Below, in pieces: positions 15,055 to 29,589 of a DNA stretch of 64,000 bases (positions are counted from its first letter, which is position 1; each line of letters begins with the position of its first letter). Source of the stretch: Octopus vulgaris (Eukaryota). The translations under genes were made by a program, and so were the position numbers. A model generated the notes under the pieces. It did not search any database, was not told the DNA's origin, and worked only from the letters and a program-made list of their open reading frames with translations. The stretch spans positions 8,556,001 to 8,620,000 of the forward strand of contig OX597824.1 in assembly GCA_951406725.2 (NCBI GenBank), read 5' to 3'.

Positions 15055-17084
15055 TAAAAATTCTAATGATATGCTTTCGTAAAGAACAGTCTGTAGGCTA
15101 CTTTCAAAAGTACTGAAATAAAAAGAATAGAAATCAATCCGCTATAAGGTATTCACAATTTTATAAAGGATCTCTCGTTTTAGAGGTTATTATGTAAGAC
15201 CAGTGACCACACACACACACTCACAGATATTATAAACTGGTTACGTTTAGACCTGGAAAGGAATTAGCTCCGCCAGGTTTAAAACTGCCCAAGGCACAGC
15301 GAGTGTGGTTTCGGCGCCCCCACGACTTCATCAATAGTTAAGTACTTAAAGGAAGACAATACAAAAGTTGGTGCTAGAAAATTCTGTAACGAAAAGAATT
15401 TCTCTTTCACCAACCATTATTGTATTCTCTTCTGTTTCAAAGACTGACAAGAGATGATATATTTACACAGTGAGTTTCCGTTCTCGCACTGCGGCATTGA
15501 AAATAGATAAATACTACATAGAATTTCAAATTTAATTGGTTTTTAATATTGCCGGCACATTCACGCCATTCAATTTGTGAATGACACATTGTCAAAATGG
15601 AAATAAGTATTGACGTTTTGCTTTTTCACGTCAAAAGAACAACTGTTTTTACGAACACAATATTGAGTATTAAATCGATAACAGAATATGTTAAAGGCGC
15701 TTCACTATCTATAAACATTATGATTAGTTCCTTCCGTTATTAACACACACACACAGCAGTGAGTGCGGTATGACCGAACGGTTACGAAGATAATTTTGCA
15801 TCCACGAAGTCCAAGATCAATCCCGCTACTCGGTATCTTGGATGTCATTTTTCCACAGCCTTGAGTCGACCAATACCTTGTGAATGAAATTGTGAATGAA
15901 ATTCGAGCCAATAGAATGCCATCTTCTAAGCAAAATTCTACCCTAAGTGGCAAAGTCCAGACAACCAGAAATGAATTAAGTTAGAGAGTAATCTGTAACC
16001 GAGCATCGGTGTTAAGCTCATCAATAAAATTGCTCCCTTTCACTGTCTGTCTGTCTGTCTGTCTATCTGTCTATCTGTGTGTATGTGTGTGTGTGTAATC
16101 CACAAATTCAACAAAAACACAACAAATGAAAAATTCATAGCGTATTCCACATCAGTCAACGTCCAAAAGATCATAACAATTTCGTGCCTTTAACGATGGT
16201 ACTGTTCAGTTTGGCGACGCCAGCGGCGAGGAGCCACTGGGAATAGCTAACGAATGTACAGGACAATGACGAAAACAAGCACGACAACGACAAAAGCAAT
16301 GATTATATCTTATTGCAATGACAGGTAAATGACTGAAATGACAAATATTTAGACATATAAACAGATTTGATAAACAACGAACGAACAGATAATATAGAAA
16401 TGTAGACGAAGATAAGTTATCTTTTACTGATTGACCTAATGTGCCTCGCTTTGGAAACCACAGAAATGCAGACGACCACGAATGTTATCGACTATCAAGG
16501 GGGTATAAACAAGAGATAGGCATACAAGAGAAACAAAGAGATAGATAGAGAGAGAGGGAGACATACAAGAGATAGACAGATAAGTGATAGTATACACGAG
16601 AGAGAGAGAGAGAGAGAGAAGCAAACAAGAAAGAGATCTGTTTTACAAGAACACTGGGCGACTGGGGAATTATGTAGAAACAGTAATATTATACTGAAAG
16701 GGAGAAAAAAATGTTTGTAATTTTTCTTCTCACAGAAGAAAAATATATGATGAAAAATTGTTTATCTGAAACCTAACTGAGTTTGAAAACAGGAAAGGAA
16801 TTAAACAAAACAACCAGCTTGATTAAGAGGTAAATGATAAAAAATATTAAATGATAAAGGCGTCAATGTCACAAAAACTAATTTCTTCTCTCCTATATAA
16901 ACTTGTTCGCTTGTGTTTATCTGAGAAATCAATAATTTTCGTTAAGAAGAGGGTTCTGTAATGTTCTGTGCCTTGAAATGCTTTATCTTTGACTGTGTAA
17001 TATCTCGTGTCCTGCTGTTGGCGTTTTCACTGTTTACCAGTTACAAATGGTATTGTTTTTATATTTAAAAACGGATGTTGTAGT

Positions 17085-17360
17085 GTTTCGGATGTTAACC
17101 TCACGATCGTCAGTGTGTAGATTCGATTCTTGTACAAGGCTCTGCGTTGTGTCATTGGGCAAGATATTTCATTTCACGTTATTTAAACCCGTTTAAGTTG
17201 AAAACGAGTACCAGCGAGAACTGGAAGGGAGAGGGTCATCTTGTAGCGGAGTAGAATCCGGTTCAGGGAGGGGGTGCCTTGCAATTTCAACACTTAAATA
17301 TCACGGAAACCAGAATAAGCTCCGGCTTAATGAGCCGCTAGGCCTGAAATATACTCTTTC
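17085..17360 (+). mobile_element. Degenerate CORE-like tRNA SINE
   Basis: B-box-like ATTCGATTC, TTGTGTCATTGGGCAAGATATTT block, tail running into (TTA)n. Confidence 0.55.
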
Positions 17361-17435
<75 letters not shown>

Positions 17436-17444
17436 ATTGTTATT

Positions 17445-17502
<58 letters not shown>

Positions 17503-17544
17503 CCATTTTACTATCTTTCCACAACTTCTAACGTTGGAGATGTA

Positions 17545-17710
17545 CTACAGTGTCAGCTGTTCACTACCAGTGAACAAAGGTATCACCTCTGATTTTTCGA
17601 GCACCTTCGAGCGGTTCCAAAAAAGTGCTGTTTTCTGCAAGTGCTCCACCCTTATTGCAGCCCCTATTTCTTACATGTACTTCTCAAGATTTTTACTCAC
17701 TGTTCCCTAC
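17545..17710 (-). mobile_element. 3' fragment of an R4/Dong-like element next to (TAA)n
   Basis: Minus strand reads GTVSKNLEKYM*EIGAAIRVEHLQKTALFGTAR, the RLE-LINE C-terminal LQK.ALLGTA motif. Confidence 0.65.
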
Positions 17711-18233
17711 TATTATTATTAATTATAAACTCCGGCGTTTATGTGTTATTTTTCTGTTTGTGCAAACTGCAACATATGATATATTGTCATATTTTGTGAT
17801 ATTCCGGTTTTAGCATAATATATACAGCCCAGTTTCCCAAATCAGCGAGGAAATTTCTACGTGATGCCCACCTCCAATAAATAACAGACAAATCTTCCTA
17901 CAACTTAAACCCGGCATTCTTCAAACATTGTTTCAGCTTCGTTGAATCAGAATTACTCGAAAGGTGAGAACAAGTGCTTTGCCGATTTCCACTTACTTAT
18001 AGTCCGGTACCTCTCTTCAGCCTGACCTAAATATAAATATTTGTAGAAGCATAAAAATAATGGATTTCTGTTTTCATATCATTTTAGATGAAGTTTATGG
18101 AGAGTGTTATACATGCTACATTTCGTTGTAAGTAGGTAATGTCCTTCGAGAGCTATTATTTGTCGTCAACAGTTTAAATGTATATGTGTTAATTGATGAG
18201 GCATTAAAACAGACTAACTCTCCCCAGACACAG

Positions 18234-18310
<77 letters not shown>

Positions 18311-18384
18311 TATATCTATATCTATATATATATATATGTCTATATCTATATCTATATTTATATCTATATATCTATATCTGTCTG

Positions 18385-18464
<80 letters not shown>

Positions 18465-18492
18465 CCTATCTATCTTTCTATCTATCCTTTTA

Positions 18493-18523
<31 letters not shown>

Positions 18524-18578
18524 GCACTCACACACACATACATATATATTGACTGTCTATTTGTCTACCCTTCCACCC

Positions 18579-18644
<66 letters not shown>

Positions 18645-19046
18645 TTATCTATCTGTCTGTTTGGCTGTCTGTCTGTCTGTATGCCTGTCTGTCTGTTTAT
18701 CTATCACTAGGTATCGATACCTCGATTGTTTAACGTTTGTTCCTTGATGGTCTTTGAATAATACGTAGATTTTAATCTCGCAGTCTTCGATTGAAATGGC
18801 CAAGAATAAGGTGCTTTGTCCTTTTCTGAGACTTTCTATGTTGTTCGTTTCTTTCAGATTGGTCTTTCATTACATTGGTATCATGGCATCATTTCCAGTC
18901 TATGAAAGCAACAACTCTTTCCTTTGTATGTATGTATGTATGTATGTATGTATGTATGTATGTATGTATGTATGTATGTATGTATGTATGTTTGTACGCA
19001 TACGTCTATTTATATATGTATGCATGTATGCATGTATGTATCTTCA

Positions 19047-19077
<31 letters not shown>

Positions 19078-19328
19078 TTTAAAGTTTCAGCTCAGAGCTG
19101 CGGCCATGCTGATGCACCGCCGCTATATATAAATGGAACAAAAACGCAACAGAGGACAATGAGACATTCGGACAGATAGACGATACAAAGGCGGACAAGA
19201 GAAACAACAATTAGAAGGACAGGTCAAAAAAAGAAGACAAATCATTCGTGGGTTTCTTTCCTCAGTCAAGTACCAGAAGTCACGACCATTTGAGGCAGAT
19301 ACATATATATTATATATATATATATCTT

Positions 19329-19395
<67 letters not shown>

Positions 19396-19774
19396 GTATG
19401 GAAGAGCGTAGGCTCGAAACATAAAAGACTTTTTCTATTCCTGAGCGCTATACTAATACATTTGTTTGTTTGTACACCACCTGCCTTCGTCTTTTGTTTA
19501 TTTTCGTAAACTTTCCCTTTATATATATATTTACATATATGTATTACTAACATACACACACACATATGTATATACACGCATAAAGTGAAATATATGTATA
19601 TATACTAAAGGTACGCAGAGTTAGCGGCTGCAGTAGCCGACTAAGGAATAACAGTGTCCATATTTACTATCGGTATCAATAATTACCTATGCTACCCCTG
19701 GGCATGGGTATGCAGGCACACTATGCTTGTAGGGTACAGGTAACAATAGAAATAACAAAAGCTTATCAGGAATC

Positions 19775-19955
19775 AAGTTTAAATAATCAGAAAATAGAGA
19801 AAACTTTTGATCAAGAAACAAATTGGACCACATCTGTAGATTGTTTCTTAATACAAAACATGACATAACATTTCTTTATGAAAAGATAACCTACAGATGT
19901 GGTCCAATTTGTTTGTTGATCAAAAGGTCTCTCCATTTTCTGATTATTTAAACTT
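19775..19955. repeat. Imperfect inverted repeat (MITE-like), arms of about 65 nt
   Basis: AAGTTTAAATAATCAGAAAAT...ACAAATTGGACCACATCTGTAG versus CTACAGATGTGGTCCAATTTGT...ATTTTCTGATTATTTAAACTT. Confidence 0.85.
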
Positions 19956-20429
19956 ATATGTATATGTATATTTGTATAAAGAGACAGCGATGTCTGTCTC
20001 AGTACTGACATATTCGTTCACTCCACCCTAATTATATATATATATATATATCATATTTCGACCAAGATTGAACATCCAGAAACAATGGTATCGAGTGTTT
20101 CTTCATATATTACACGTATTTTGTATTTACTTTCCATTCTAGTACATGCCAATGGTAGTTAATTCTCTCAATTCGTGCCGCGACTAAAACGTCACCATTT
20201 CTCAGCTTTGAGCCTTTCACTTCTTAGCCAGCAATGAGCCTTTTCTTTATCCATTTCTGCCTTACTCACGCCTGTTCATTTCCGTTTTGCCCACTTTTAT
20301 CCATTTCTGCTTTGCTCAATCAGATATTGGTCATGTGGTAGCCATTCTTACCAACGTCTTAATATACACCATTTGTAAACTCTATTCAGTTTAGATTTTA
20401 GATTAACAAAAAATTTCTGCCATTTTCTG

Positions 20430-20734
20430 TTGTGTCTGGGGAAAGTCATTTTCTTTTTGTGCCTTATAATTTAACACACTCATCGGTAAAATTACCACTG
20501 ATTTCTTATTTTCATTTTCCTAAAACTTTTGTGGCGTCTTGCAGGCACACACACACACACACACACACACACTGACCCACACACATGCGCACAAACAAAC
20601 AAAAAGGAACGCAGTGTAAATAACAGAGTAAACGAAAATTTTAGGAAAATAAAAATAAGAAATAAGTGGAAATTTTACCGGTGAGTGTGTTACATTATAA
20701 GGCACTAAAAGAAAATGACTCTCCCCAGACACAA
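20430..20734. repeat. Inverted repeat, arms of about 100 nt around a (CA)n spacer
   Basis: TTGTGTCTGGGGAAAGTCATTTTCTTT... versus ...AAAGAAAATGACTCTCCCCAGACACAA. Confidence 0.85.
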
Positions 20735-21084
20735 AAGAATATGCTTCAACACACGAACTCACATAAAGAATCTTGCAAACCAAATCCAAAAACGAAAATC
20801 TGCCATTGTTTTATCTTTTTCCTCACGACTATCTCTTGATTGATTTTCTGTCTAGATTCGTTGGTTTCCGTAACCCTTTGCCTGTCCAAAGCATTTTCAC
20901 AAGTCTGTCTCTCCTAAACACCCATGCTTCTTTTCACACTTTTATATTGCTTCTGGTTCATACGTTCCGAATAATATTTAGCTTTCCTTTGATAAGTCTC
21001 ACGTTACTCTGATGTTTGAAAATAAATCTGGGAATATGTATAATATATGATGCAGTGAAGCCATACTTGTATATCACATAATAT

Positions 21085-21250
21085 AGGGAGAGTTTACGAA
21101 AAACAAAACAAAAGACGAACACAGATGATGTACTAAGCAAACAGATGTATTAGCATTACGCTCAGGAATAGAAAAAAGTCTTTTACGTTTCGAGCCTACG
21201 CTCTTCTACAGAAAGGGACGCAGAAAAAAACAAGGAGAGAAACAAGGGGA
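21085..21250 (-). mobile_element. Penelope-type short repeat with hammerhead-like motif (copies also at 19398-19520 and 53856-54045)
   Basis: Shared AGGGAGAGTTTACGAAAA...CGCTCAGGAATAGAAAA...ACGTTTCGAGCCTA; minus strand CTGTAGA-A-GAGC-gtag-GCTC-GAAAC-GTA. Confidence 0.65.
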
Positions 21251-22250
21251 GAATATATATGACAGACTAAAGGTTAAAGACAGAAAACAATTTCTTTTTG
21301 CTTGTTTTGTTCACGTCTTATTGCTTTGTGCATCAATTTCTTATTCGTTTCAGCGAAATATTTCAGTTGTACTAAAGTTGATATTTCATAATAATTTCCT
21401 TTTCCCAGAAAAGCAATATTTTTCCTGAATTCGTGTTAAACATAATAATTTAGTGTTTTTAGTGCATTCTAAAGACAGTCATTATTTTTCTAAGATAATT
21501 CATTTAGCTTCCAGTAGAAAACCTTAAAACTTATCATTCAAAACAGCTCCATTATTGACATCTTATTACCTTACTTTTGGCATTCAGCCTCTAATTAAGT
21601 ATTAATATAATTCGTCTATAATATTTCTCCGTAACCTTTTGTTTCGCTTGTATGATGCATTCTATCTAGTTCATTAATTCCTAAGCATATGTAAGTCTGT
21701 AGTAATTCTCTTAAATCTAGTACCTCGTGACACTAATGGGTCTGATTCATTTTCCTCTCTTGAAGGTTGTCTTGGCGCAGTTCCCTTATCAGATTTTCAT
21801 ATCGGCTCCTTTAGTGAACCCGTGTATTTTATGACGGTTTTCCTTGTCTGACAAGTGCTGCGCTATGGCGTTAACTGCTGTAATTCTTAGTGGTCAAAAC
21901 ACAGGCTGAAGTTGTCAGACATGACTCTGACTTTCCATTTGTGACCATCACACGAAATACTTTATTTTATCGACTCTGAAAGAATGAAAATCAAACTTGA
22001 CTTGGGTGGGATTTGAACCAAGAAAGTGAAGATCCGGAATACATCTTTTCTACTTTTAAGCCCAAGATCTGAAATTTGGGGAAGGCTAATCAATTACATC
22101 GACCCCAGTACTTAACTGGTACTTATTTTTTCGATCCCGAAAGGATGGAAGGGAAAGTCGACGTCGGCGACATATGCCACAAGGCGTGGTAACGATTCTG
22201 CCAGCTCGTCGCCTGACTGACTGATGATAATGATGATGATGTTGATACTG

Positions 22251-22314
<64 letters not shown>

Positions 22315-22468
22315 TGATGATGATGATGATAATAATAAGCTTACGGCCATATCACGTGCGCGCTTTCACACACATGTATGTCAAATCGTATACTACAGTC
22401 ATATATTGATGTGTATGAGAGATATGGGGAGAGAGGAAAGGATCCATATGTATAGATATGTGTATGCA

Positions 22469-22544
<76 letters not shown>

Positions 22545-22546
<2 letters not shown>

Positions 22547-22730
22547 TAATCCAAACAAGAAAGCACAAAAAAAACACAACGCGAGGACGTGGAACAAATA
22601 TAGTATTATTGGACGCTCAGGATTGAAGGAAAGAAGGAGGGTTTAACGTTTCGAGCGGAGCTCTTCGTCGGAAACATAGGAGAAGGAAAGATCCAGAGAA
22701 GGGAAGACAGAGGAAAAAAATCGCCAACGG
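22545..22730 (-). mobile_element. Related Penelope-type repeat with hammerhead-like motif (relative at 54395-54545)
   Basis: Minus strand CCGACGA-A-GAGC-tcc-GCTC-GAAACGTTA; sits between TA runs. Confidence 0.6.
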
Positions 22731-24199
22731 TTATATATATATATATATATACACGCACATACATACATACATACATACATACATACATACATACATACAT
22801 ACATACATACATACATACACACGTACATACATATGCACGCTCACACACGCAGAAGACGTTGACTATACGCCCGCACGCACACACACCAGGGTTATGCTAA
22901 GAGTTATTTGTCCAAAACGCCGAAACCAGAAAACCAGTGGTCGACATATTTATGTAATTCTGGTTAAATATTGTTTAGTATCCAAGGTTCTCCTTTAGTC
23001 TTGTTTATATATTATTTGAATGTCCAAGAATCTCCTTTACTTCTGTTTATTTATTATTCTCAATGACCAAGGTTGTTTATTAGTTCGGTTTATATATTGC
23101 CTTCCTCTTAATCAATTTATATTTCATTAGAGGTGCAAGGTCTCCATTTATATTTTGGTGAAGTTTCAAGATTTCATCGAGATATCTAAACCTGTCAATT
23201 TACAAAACATACTTCGTTTTCTATTCTTAGCCGTGTTTTTTGTTGCTTTGGTAATTTTTGTTGGTGTAATTATTGCTATTTTTAGCTATAATTTTTCATC
23301 TATTTATCTATTTATCTATTTATTTTGTTATATTTTGTCAATATTGACGTTATATTTTCTTTTCAATTAAAAGAAGAAAACTGGCAAATTTAAACCACAA
23401 ATTAAGAAATGTAACACTTAATAAAGTAATTAACAGTCTCGGCAACTTCTAAAAACGATCACAGCACATCACACGTCAAAATAACAACTTCATAAACCAA
23501 TTAAACTCACTTATCAAGCATTTTTCCAACCTCGGTCAAAAACATACGTAGCACAAAGGAGACACAAGACGTTCGATACCTTATACTACTTTCGCTATAA
23601 TATCGACTAAATTTATCGAAATGGAACGAGAAAAGCAATAGGCTAAATCGAAAGTCTTTAAACTCCGGCAAAATTACAAACACACGTTAAACGAGCCAAA
23701 TCGTTTTTATAGCATTTAAGCCATTAAAATACTTGAATATTTTTTTACCAATGTTTTCATCCTTGACGGTCTTCGGCTTTCCGGGCCCCAGCAGGTCCGG
23801 CAGAGAACTACATAGTAGGGTAATTTCATACCTGTGTTTCAGTGTACTTGATAATTCTGGTCGAGCCTATCTCCATCTCAGGATAACGATGTAATTAGTT
23901 CTCAAGGAGTTCATCAGCATTTCATGGCCTTTTTTGTTTTTGTCATTTAATCTTGTTGGTTGGGCGACCCCAGCAGAAGCCAGTTTAGTCGCGGACTACA
24001 TGACCTTAAGCAGTTAGTACTGAACTACATGGTTACATGAAGCATCAAAGATCTAAAGAAATTATTGCACTCGCGAACGTTTTTAAATAACGTCTTACCA
24101 ATTCTACAAAATCATCAGAAATTGAAAATTGAACAAGTTCTATATACAACCGTGAAATCCGACAAAATCTCACCATTTAGACAAAAAACACTCCAAATT

Positions 24200-24720
24200 T
24201 TACCTTTAATAAACCTAAAACCACTCACGCTTGACACCACTAGTCCAGGTATATTTCTCAGTGTAAACCATACTACGGCTTCTGACGATCACCCTCGGCT
24301 ACTACACCACTCACAAAAAGGCATATATAACGGCATCACACCAATGTTATTTCCACAGATATAGAGAAAAGCGGTAGATTCCATTTCCCACTGCTTGCTT
24401 ACAATATATCAAGCAACTCATTATGACACAATGCAAGACACTGGTTAGCAAACAATCTTCCATGTCCACAACCCTGTGCATTACTACAATACATCTACAC
24501 TCTACAATTTCCCGAATGACTCCGTTCTGTCATCTACTTATTTTAACGTATACATAAGCGACCTTCCTATGCTCCACACAAAACCGTAACTGAACTTCGT
24601 ATGCAGATAACTTCACGCCGAAACTTTCCAAAATTCGCCTAGGCTCAGCAACTCTAATCAACAACAACCTTAGTTTCAAAACGACAGTCTTAAAGAAACA
24701 CAAACCTTCTTGAAGATAAA
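24200..24720 (+). mobile_element. Decayed non-LTR reverse transcriptase fragment
   Basis: PNDSVLSSTYFNVYISDLP ... YADN resembles PQGSVLSP.LFN.Y..DLP ... YADD; frameshifted. Confidence 0.65.
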
Positions 24721-25067
24721 ATCAGAGATCATGAAATACAAACAGCAACCAGTTCTTTTATTAGGTATTTTATATTAGCGTCGCAGGATATATCATTTAC
24801 ATCTTTTATCAATTATTTATCATATTTTATTTGCTATCTTAAATATGCACGTATGTATATAAGTATATAGATAGATAGATCGATAGACAGACAGATAGAT
24901 AGACGGATAGATAAATAGACAGATCGATAGATAAATAGATAGAAAGAAAGTAAGATAGATAGATATAAGTATAGTAAATATACATACATACATACATATA
25001 TACATATATACATACATATATATATATGTATGTATATTTACTATACTTATATCTATCTATCTTACTT

Positions 25068-25160
<93 letters not shown>

Positions 25161-25995
25161 AGTTTTTGTTGCATTAATGCTAGTCTTCATCCTAAAAGTG
25201 GCCTATGAGCTTCGCCTGGGGTAATTTCGAGAAAAGGAGAAAAAATAAAGCAAAACAAACAAAATCATTCTTGAGTAATATAAATGCATACCACAGAGAA
25301 AAGACGAAAATATGTGAAATTATATATCTTCAAAATTCACAGCATACGTAGAAAAATTATAACAAAAAGAATCAATAGTTTGAACAAGCATATTTAGAGC
25401 ATTCAGAGGCATCGCATTTTGTTTAAGACAAAGAAACAACATTGACATACAAACAGTACATTGGATCTCTCAAGAATTACAGGAATCTTGCCTGGAGGCC
25501 TCCCCCCCACCGCCACCGATCTTTTCCCAACAAACCACAAATTACGAAAAAGAAAATACACTTGTAGTTCAGATTATCACAGTTTGCATACAAATCACAT
25601 CCACAAATCTATGCGGTTATATAAGAATACGTAAAACGAAAGATCAGCAGATATGCGGCGGTATGTTATAACGGAGTTCTTCGAACTTATTTTTGCCATT
25701 GCAAACATAATCATCTCCGAACAAACAGAAGTAATTACAATGCGTTCAGATGATTGGAACCAAAGTTTTTGTTACAAACATTCCTACGCTGCGTCCATGC
25801 GAAAACTAACAGCAAAATACAGGCATACAAAATATAGCAGTTTCTAAATAACCAGATAATCCATACCCTCCAAAATAACCAGATAATCCCTATCCTCCAA
25901 AACACTGTTCTAGGGTCTTGTTTTCTATCACAGAACTGCGGTCATACTGGAGTATCGCCTTGAATGGCTTTAGCTGAATAAATCAACACCAGCAC

Positions 25996-26034
<39 letters not shown>

Positions 26035-26491
26035 GTGGTAGAGCAGTGCATGCCATCAAAGTGACACTGGGGTAAAATATACGAAGCCCAATATACCCAT
26101 CATGACTACCCGTCTGATAAGGGTACACCAGGCACATGAATCACAACCATATGTGCGCGACATGGTGATCTCATATCAAGATAAACAGCACATGACCTTG
26201 CAGGTGGGGCCCAGTTAGAAATTTCTTCAGGTTGAGTAGCCCATCCCGCTCAAAAGGTCCCTGAATAAGGGTTGTTTAAGGATGTTGAAAGAACCACCCA
26301 TGTTTCCAGAGGTGAATTATTCAAACCCCAAAGAATCCCTCTCAACACATGACTATGATGCTCCCCCACTACTTCTGCTCGTGATCAGAGATGCACATAT
26401 CGTCAGCCACTAAGGGACATGCTCAACTGGTTATGGTCAAACAACTGACAAGCAAATCTGTGGTATTGAGCAGAATATTTGCTGTAGCCCA
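26035..26491 (-). mobile_element. TAA-embedded retroelement 3' region, copy 1
   Basis: Highly similar to 26973-27320; bounded by (TTA)n on both sides; orientation inferred. Confidence 0.65.
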
Positions 26492-26511
26492 TTTATTATT
26501 ATTATTATTAT

Positions 26512-26940
26512 TCAGTAGTTTTATTCAGTAGTTTTATTTTTATAGCGTGCTTTCACTTCACTACCGAGCACAGCTCTGTGTGCCTTGGGTATGTGCTGTG
26601 ATTTGTTGTGATGCTCTGATGGTTATTGTATGGAAAGTGTTCTGCGTAGGATGTGTGCAGTGCCTAGTAGTGCAATTTTCTGTATGTTATATGTGTTTGT
26701 AAGTCCTGGTGTTTTTGTTATGTATTTGTCTCAAAATATTTTTTTATCATGCCTAATGCACCTACTATGATAGGAATTGTTTCTGTTTTTAGATTCCACA
26801 TTCTAGTTACCTCTATTTCCAGGTCTTTGTATTTTGAGAGTTTCTCCATTTCTTTTAGAGACACGTTGTCATCTGCTGGTATTGATACATCAATTAGAAA
26901 GCATTTTTTTCTTCATGATCTCTGACAACTATATCTGGTC

Positions 26941-26941
<1 letters not shown>
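26512..26941 (-). mobile_element. R4/Dong-clade non-LTR element, 5'-truncated: restriction-like endonuclease plus 3' UTR
   Basis: RPDIVVRDHEEK..LIDVSIPADDNVSLKEMEKLSKYKDLEIEVTRMWNLKTETIPIIVGALG...QKIALLGTAHILRRTLSIQ* (frameshifted); TAA repeats both sides. Confidence 0.85.
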
Positions 26942-26972
<31 letters not shown>

Positions 26973-27320
26973 GAGTGATAGAGCAGTGCATGGCATCGGG
27001 GTACAAAGTGACACTGGGGTACAAATATTATACGAAACCCAATATACTTAACATGACTACACGTCTGATAAGGACACACCAGGCACATGCATCACAACCA
27101 ATTGTACGCAACATGGTGATCTCATATCAAGGTAAACAACGCATGACGTTGCAGGTGGGGCCCAGTTAGAATTTTCCTCTGGTCGAATAGCCCATCCGGC
27201 TCAAAAGGTCCTTGAATAAGGGTTGTTTGAGGATGATGAACGAAACACCCATGTTTCCAAAGGTGACTTATCCAAACCCCAAATAATTCCTCTCAACACA
27301 TGGCTATGAAGCTCCCGCAC
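26973..27320 (-). mobile_element. TAA-embedded retroelement 3' region, copy 2 (shorter)
   Basis: Aligns to 26035-26370. Confidence 0.65.
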
Positions 27321-27344
27321 ATATTATTATTATTATTATTATTA

Positions 27345-27390
<46 letters not shown>

Positions 27391-27494
27391 CATTATTATT
27401 ATTATTATTATTATCATTATCATCATCATCTTCATCATCATCATCATCATTAATTTGGTATTTCTTCTATCGATCACTATCGTACACTCCGAAA

Positions 27495-27806
27495 TTTATC
27501 GACCCCGAAAGGATGAAAGCAAAGTCGACCTCGGCGGAATTTGAACTCAGAACGTAACAGTAGACGAAATATCTATTTCTTTACTACCCACAAGAGGCTA
27601 AACACAGAGAGGGCAAACAAGGACAGACAAACGGATTAAGTCGATTACATCAACCCCAGTGCGTAACTGGTACTTAATTTATCGACACCGAAAGGATGAA
27701 AGGCAAAGTCGACCTCAGCGGAATTTGAACTCAGAATGTAACGGCAGACGAAATACCGCTAAGCATTTCGCCCGGCGTGCTAACGATTCTGCCAGCTCGC
27801 CGCCTT
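27495..27806 (-). mobile_element. SINE family A, dimer
   Basis: Two copies of the GAAAGGATGAAA..AAAGTCGACCTC..GAATTTGAACTCAGAA core. Confidence 0.9.
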
Positions 27807-28142
27807 AATGAGAACGAAGTAACGCTATGGCTTCATCCGATGGGAGAACTCGTGCTTATTTGGGAAGGCTTTAAGTGAAGTGTCATCAACGTGCTACAAA
27901 AAGCGTACGACATATGACAGCAACTATACGCACAAGGCCTGAAATATTGGGGAAGAAAGCTCACCAATTACATCGACCCGTATTCAGCTGGTACTTATTT
28001 TATCGACATCGAAGAATAAAAAACAATGTCGACTTCAGCGGTATTTGAACACCATCGTTAAATAGTATGACCACCATTAGCAACGACATCAACAACTTTG
28101 TCCATCATAAGCATCGTTATATTCACCACTATTGCACGTGAA

Positions 28143-28470
28143 TGCGCATGGCTCAGTGGTTAGAGCGTCGAGCTTAAGATCGTGAGGTTGTGAGTTCGAA
28201 TCCCGCACTGGGCTGCGTGTTGTGTTCTTGAGCAAGACACTTTATTTCACGTTGCTCTAGTTCACTCAGCTGTAGAAATGAGTTGCGATATCACTGGTGC
28301 CAAGCTGAATCGGCCCCTTTGCCTTTCCCTTGGATAACACTGGTGGCGTGGAGAAGGGCAGCCAGTATGCATGGGCGACTGCTGGTCTTCCATAAAACAA
28401 CCTTGCCCGGATTTGTGCCTAGGAGGGTAACTTTCTAGGTGCAATCCCACGGTCAGCCATGACCGAAGTT
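28143..28470 (+). mobile_element. CORE-like tRNA-derived SINE
   Basis: A box TGGCTCAGTGG, B box GTTCGAATCC, then TTGTGTTCTTGAGCAAGACACTTTATTTCAC. Confidence 0.85.
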
Positions 28471-29248
28471 GCTGGTCTGTACAAATGTTGTCTTTCTTTG
28501 CCAAGTATATGCGTATTCATGCGAATGACCATCTTCAATTTTTATAAATACAATTTCAACTTGGAAATCTTCTGTGCACTGATTGTACAACTTACGCGTG
28601 CGCACAAGCTTGCAGCTTAGCGGGAACGTTCTTCACCACCATTACCATACCGTCCATCAAAGAACACTACAACCACCGCTGCCGTCCTGAAGAGCATTTA
28701 CTGAACCATTAAAGAAACTATCACCAACATCTTCCTCCCCATCTCCTTTATCCACCACCACTGCAACTACCATTCTTACCACTGTTATTCTTATCCCTAC
28801 TATCGCTTCTTTTAACCATCACCATCACCATCACCATCACCACCACATCTACCATCGCCGTCTCCAGATACATGAACTATAAACTGATTGGTGCGTCTGT
28901 GTCTGTATTATTAAAAATGATCGATTTCCTCTAATCATTATCAATCGACAATCGATATATATATATATATATGTTGTTTTATTCCACTCTATTTTATTCA
29001 ATTCGATTTTATATTATATTTTCTGCAGAAATGAGAGAGAGAGAATTTATCTGCCAACGGTTCTGGCGAGTCAATAGCATTCAGAAGTGCGCTATCTTAA
29101 TTAACCTTTGCATAAAGTCAACCAACGTTTATGTGATATGGCTACTGGTGTCAAATCATAGATATTAAACCACATTGACTATAGTTTTCCTATAATAATA
29201 ATAATAATAATAATAATGATAACAACAACAACTACAACAACAACAACT

Positions 29249-29289
<41 letters not shown>

Positions 29290-29438
29290 AATAATAGTAA
29301 TAATCCATTCTCTTATAGGCCTGAAATTTTGGGAGAGGAGCTTAGTCGATTACATCGACGCTGGTGACTATCTGGTGCGCATTTTATTGACCCCGAAAGG
29401 ATGAAAGATCCTGCCAGTTTGTCGTCTTAATAATAATA

Positions 29439-29472
<34 letters not shown>

Positions 29473-29481
29473 TAATAATAA

Positions 29482-29589
29482 TATAATTTCACCTAAAACC
29501 TCCAAGAAGGTAAGGAGATAAGGTGAAATGAAGACAGTATGATCTTTGTCCATCTCCTTACCTTCTTGGAGGTTTTAGTTAAAATTATA
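29482..29589. repeat. Hairpin with a perfect 27-bp stem
   Basis: CTAAAACCTCCAAGAAGGTAAGGAGAT / ATCTCCTTACCTTCTTGGAGGTTTTAG. Confidence 0.9.

Noticed and set aside
28143-28215. tRNA gene
   Set aside because: A and B boxes run directly into a SINE body; no proper acceptor stem
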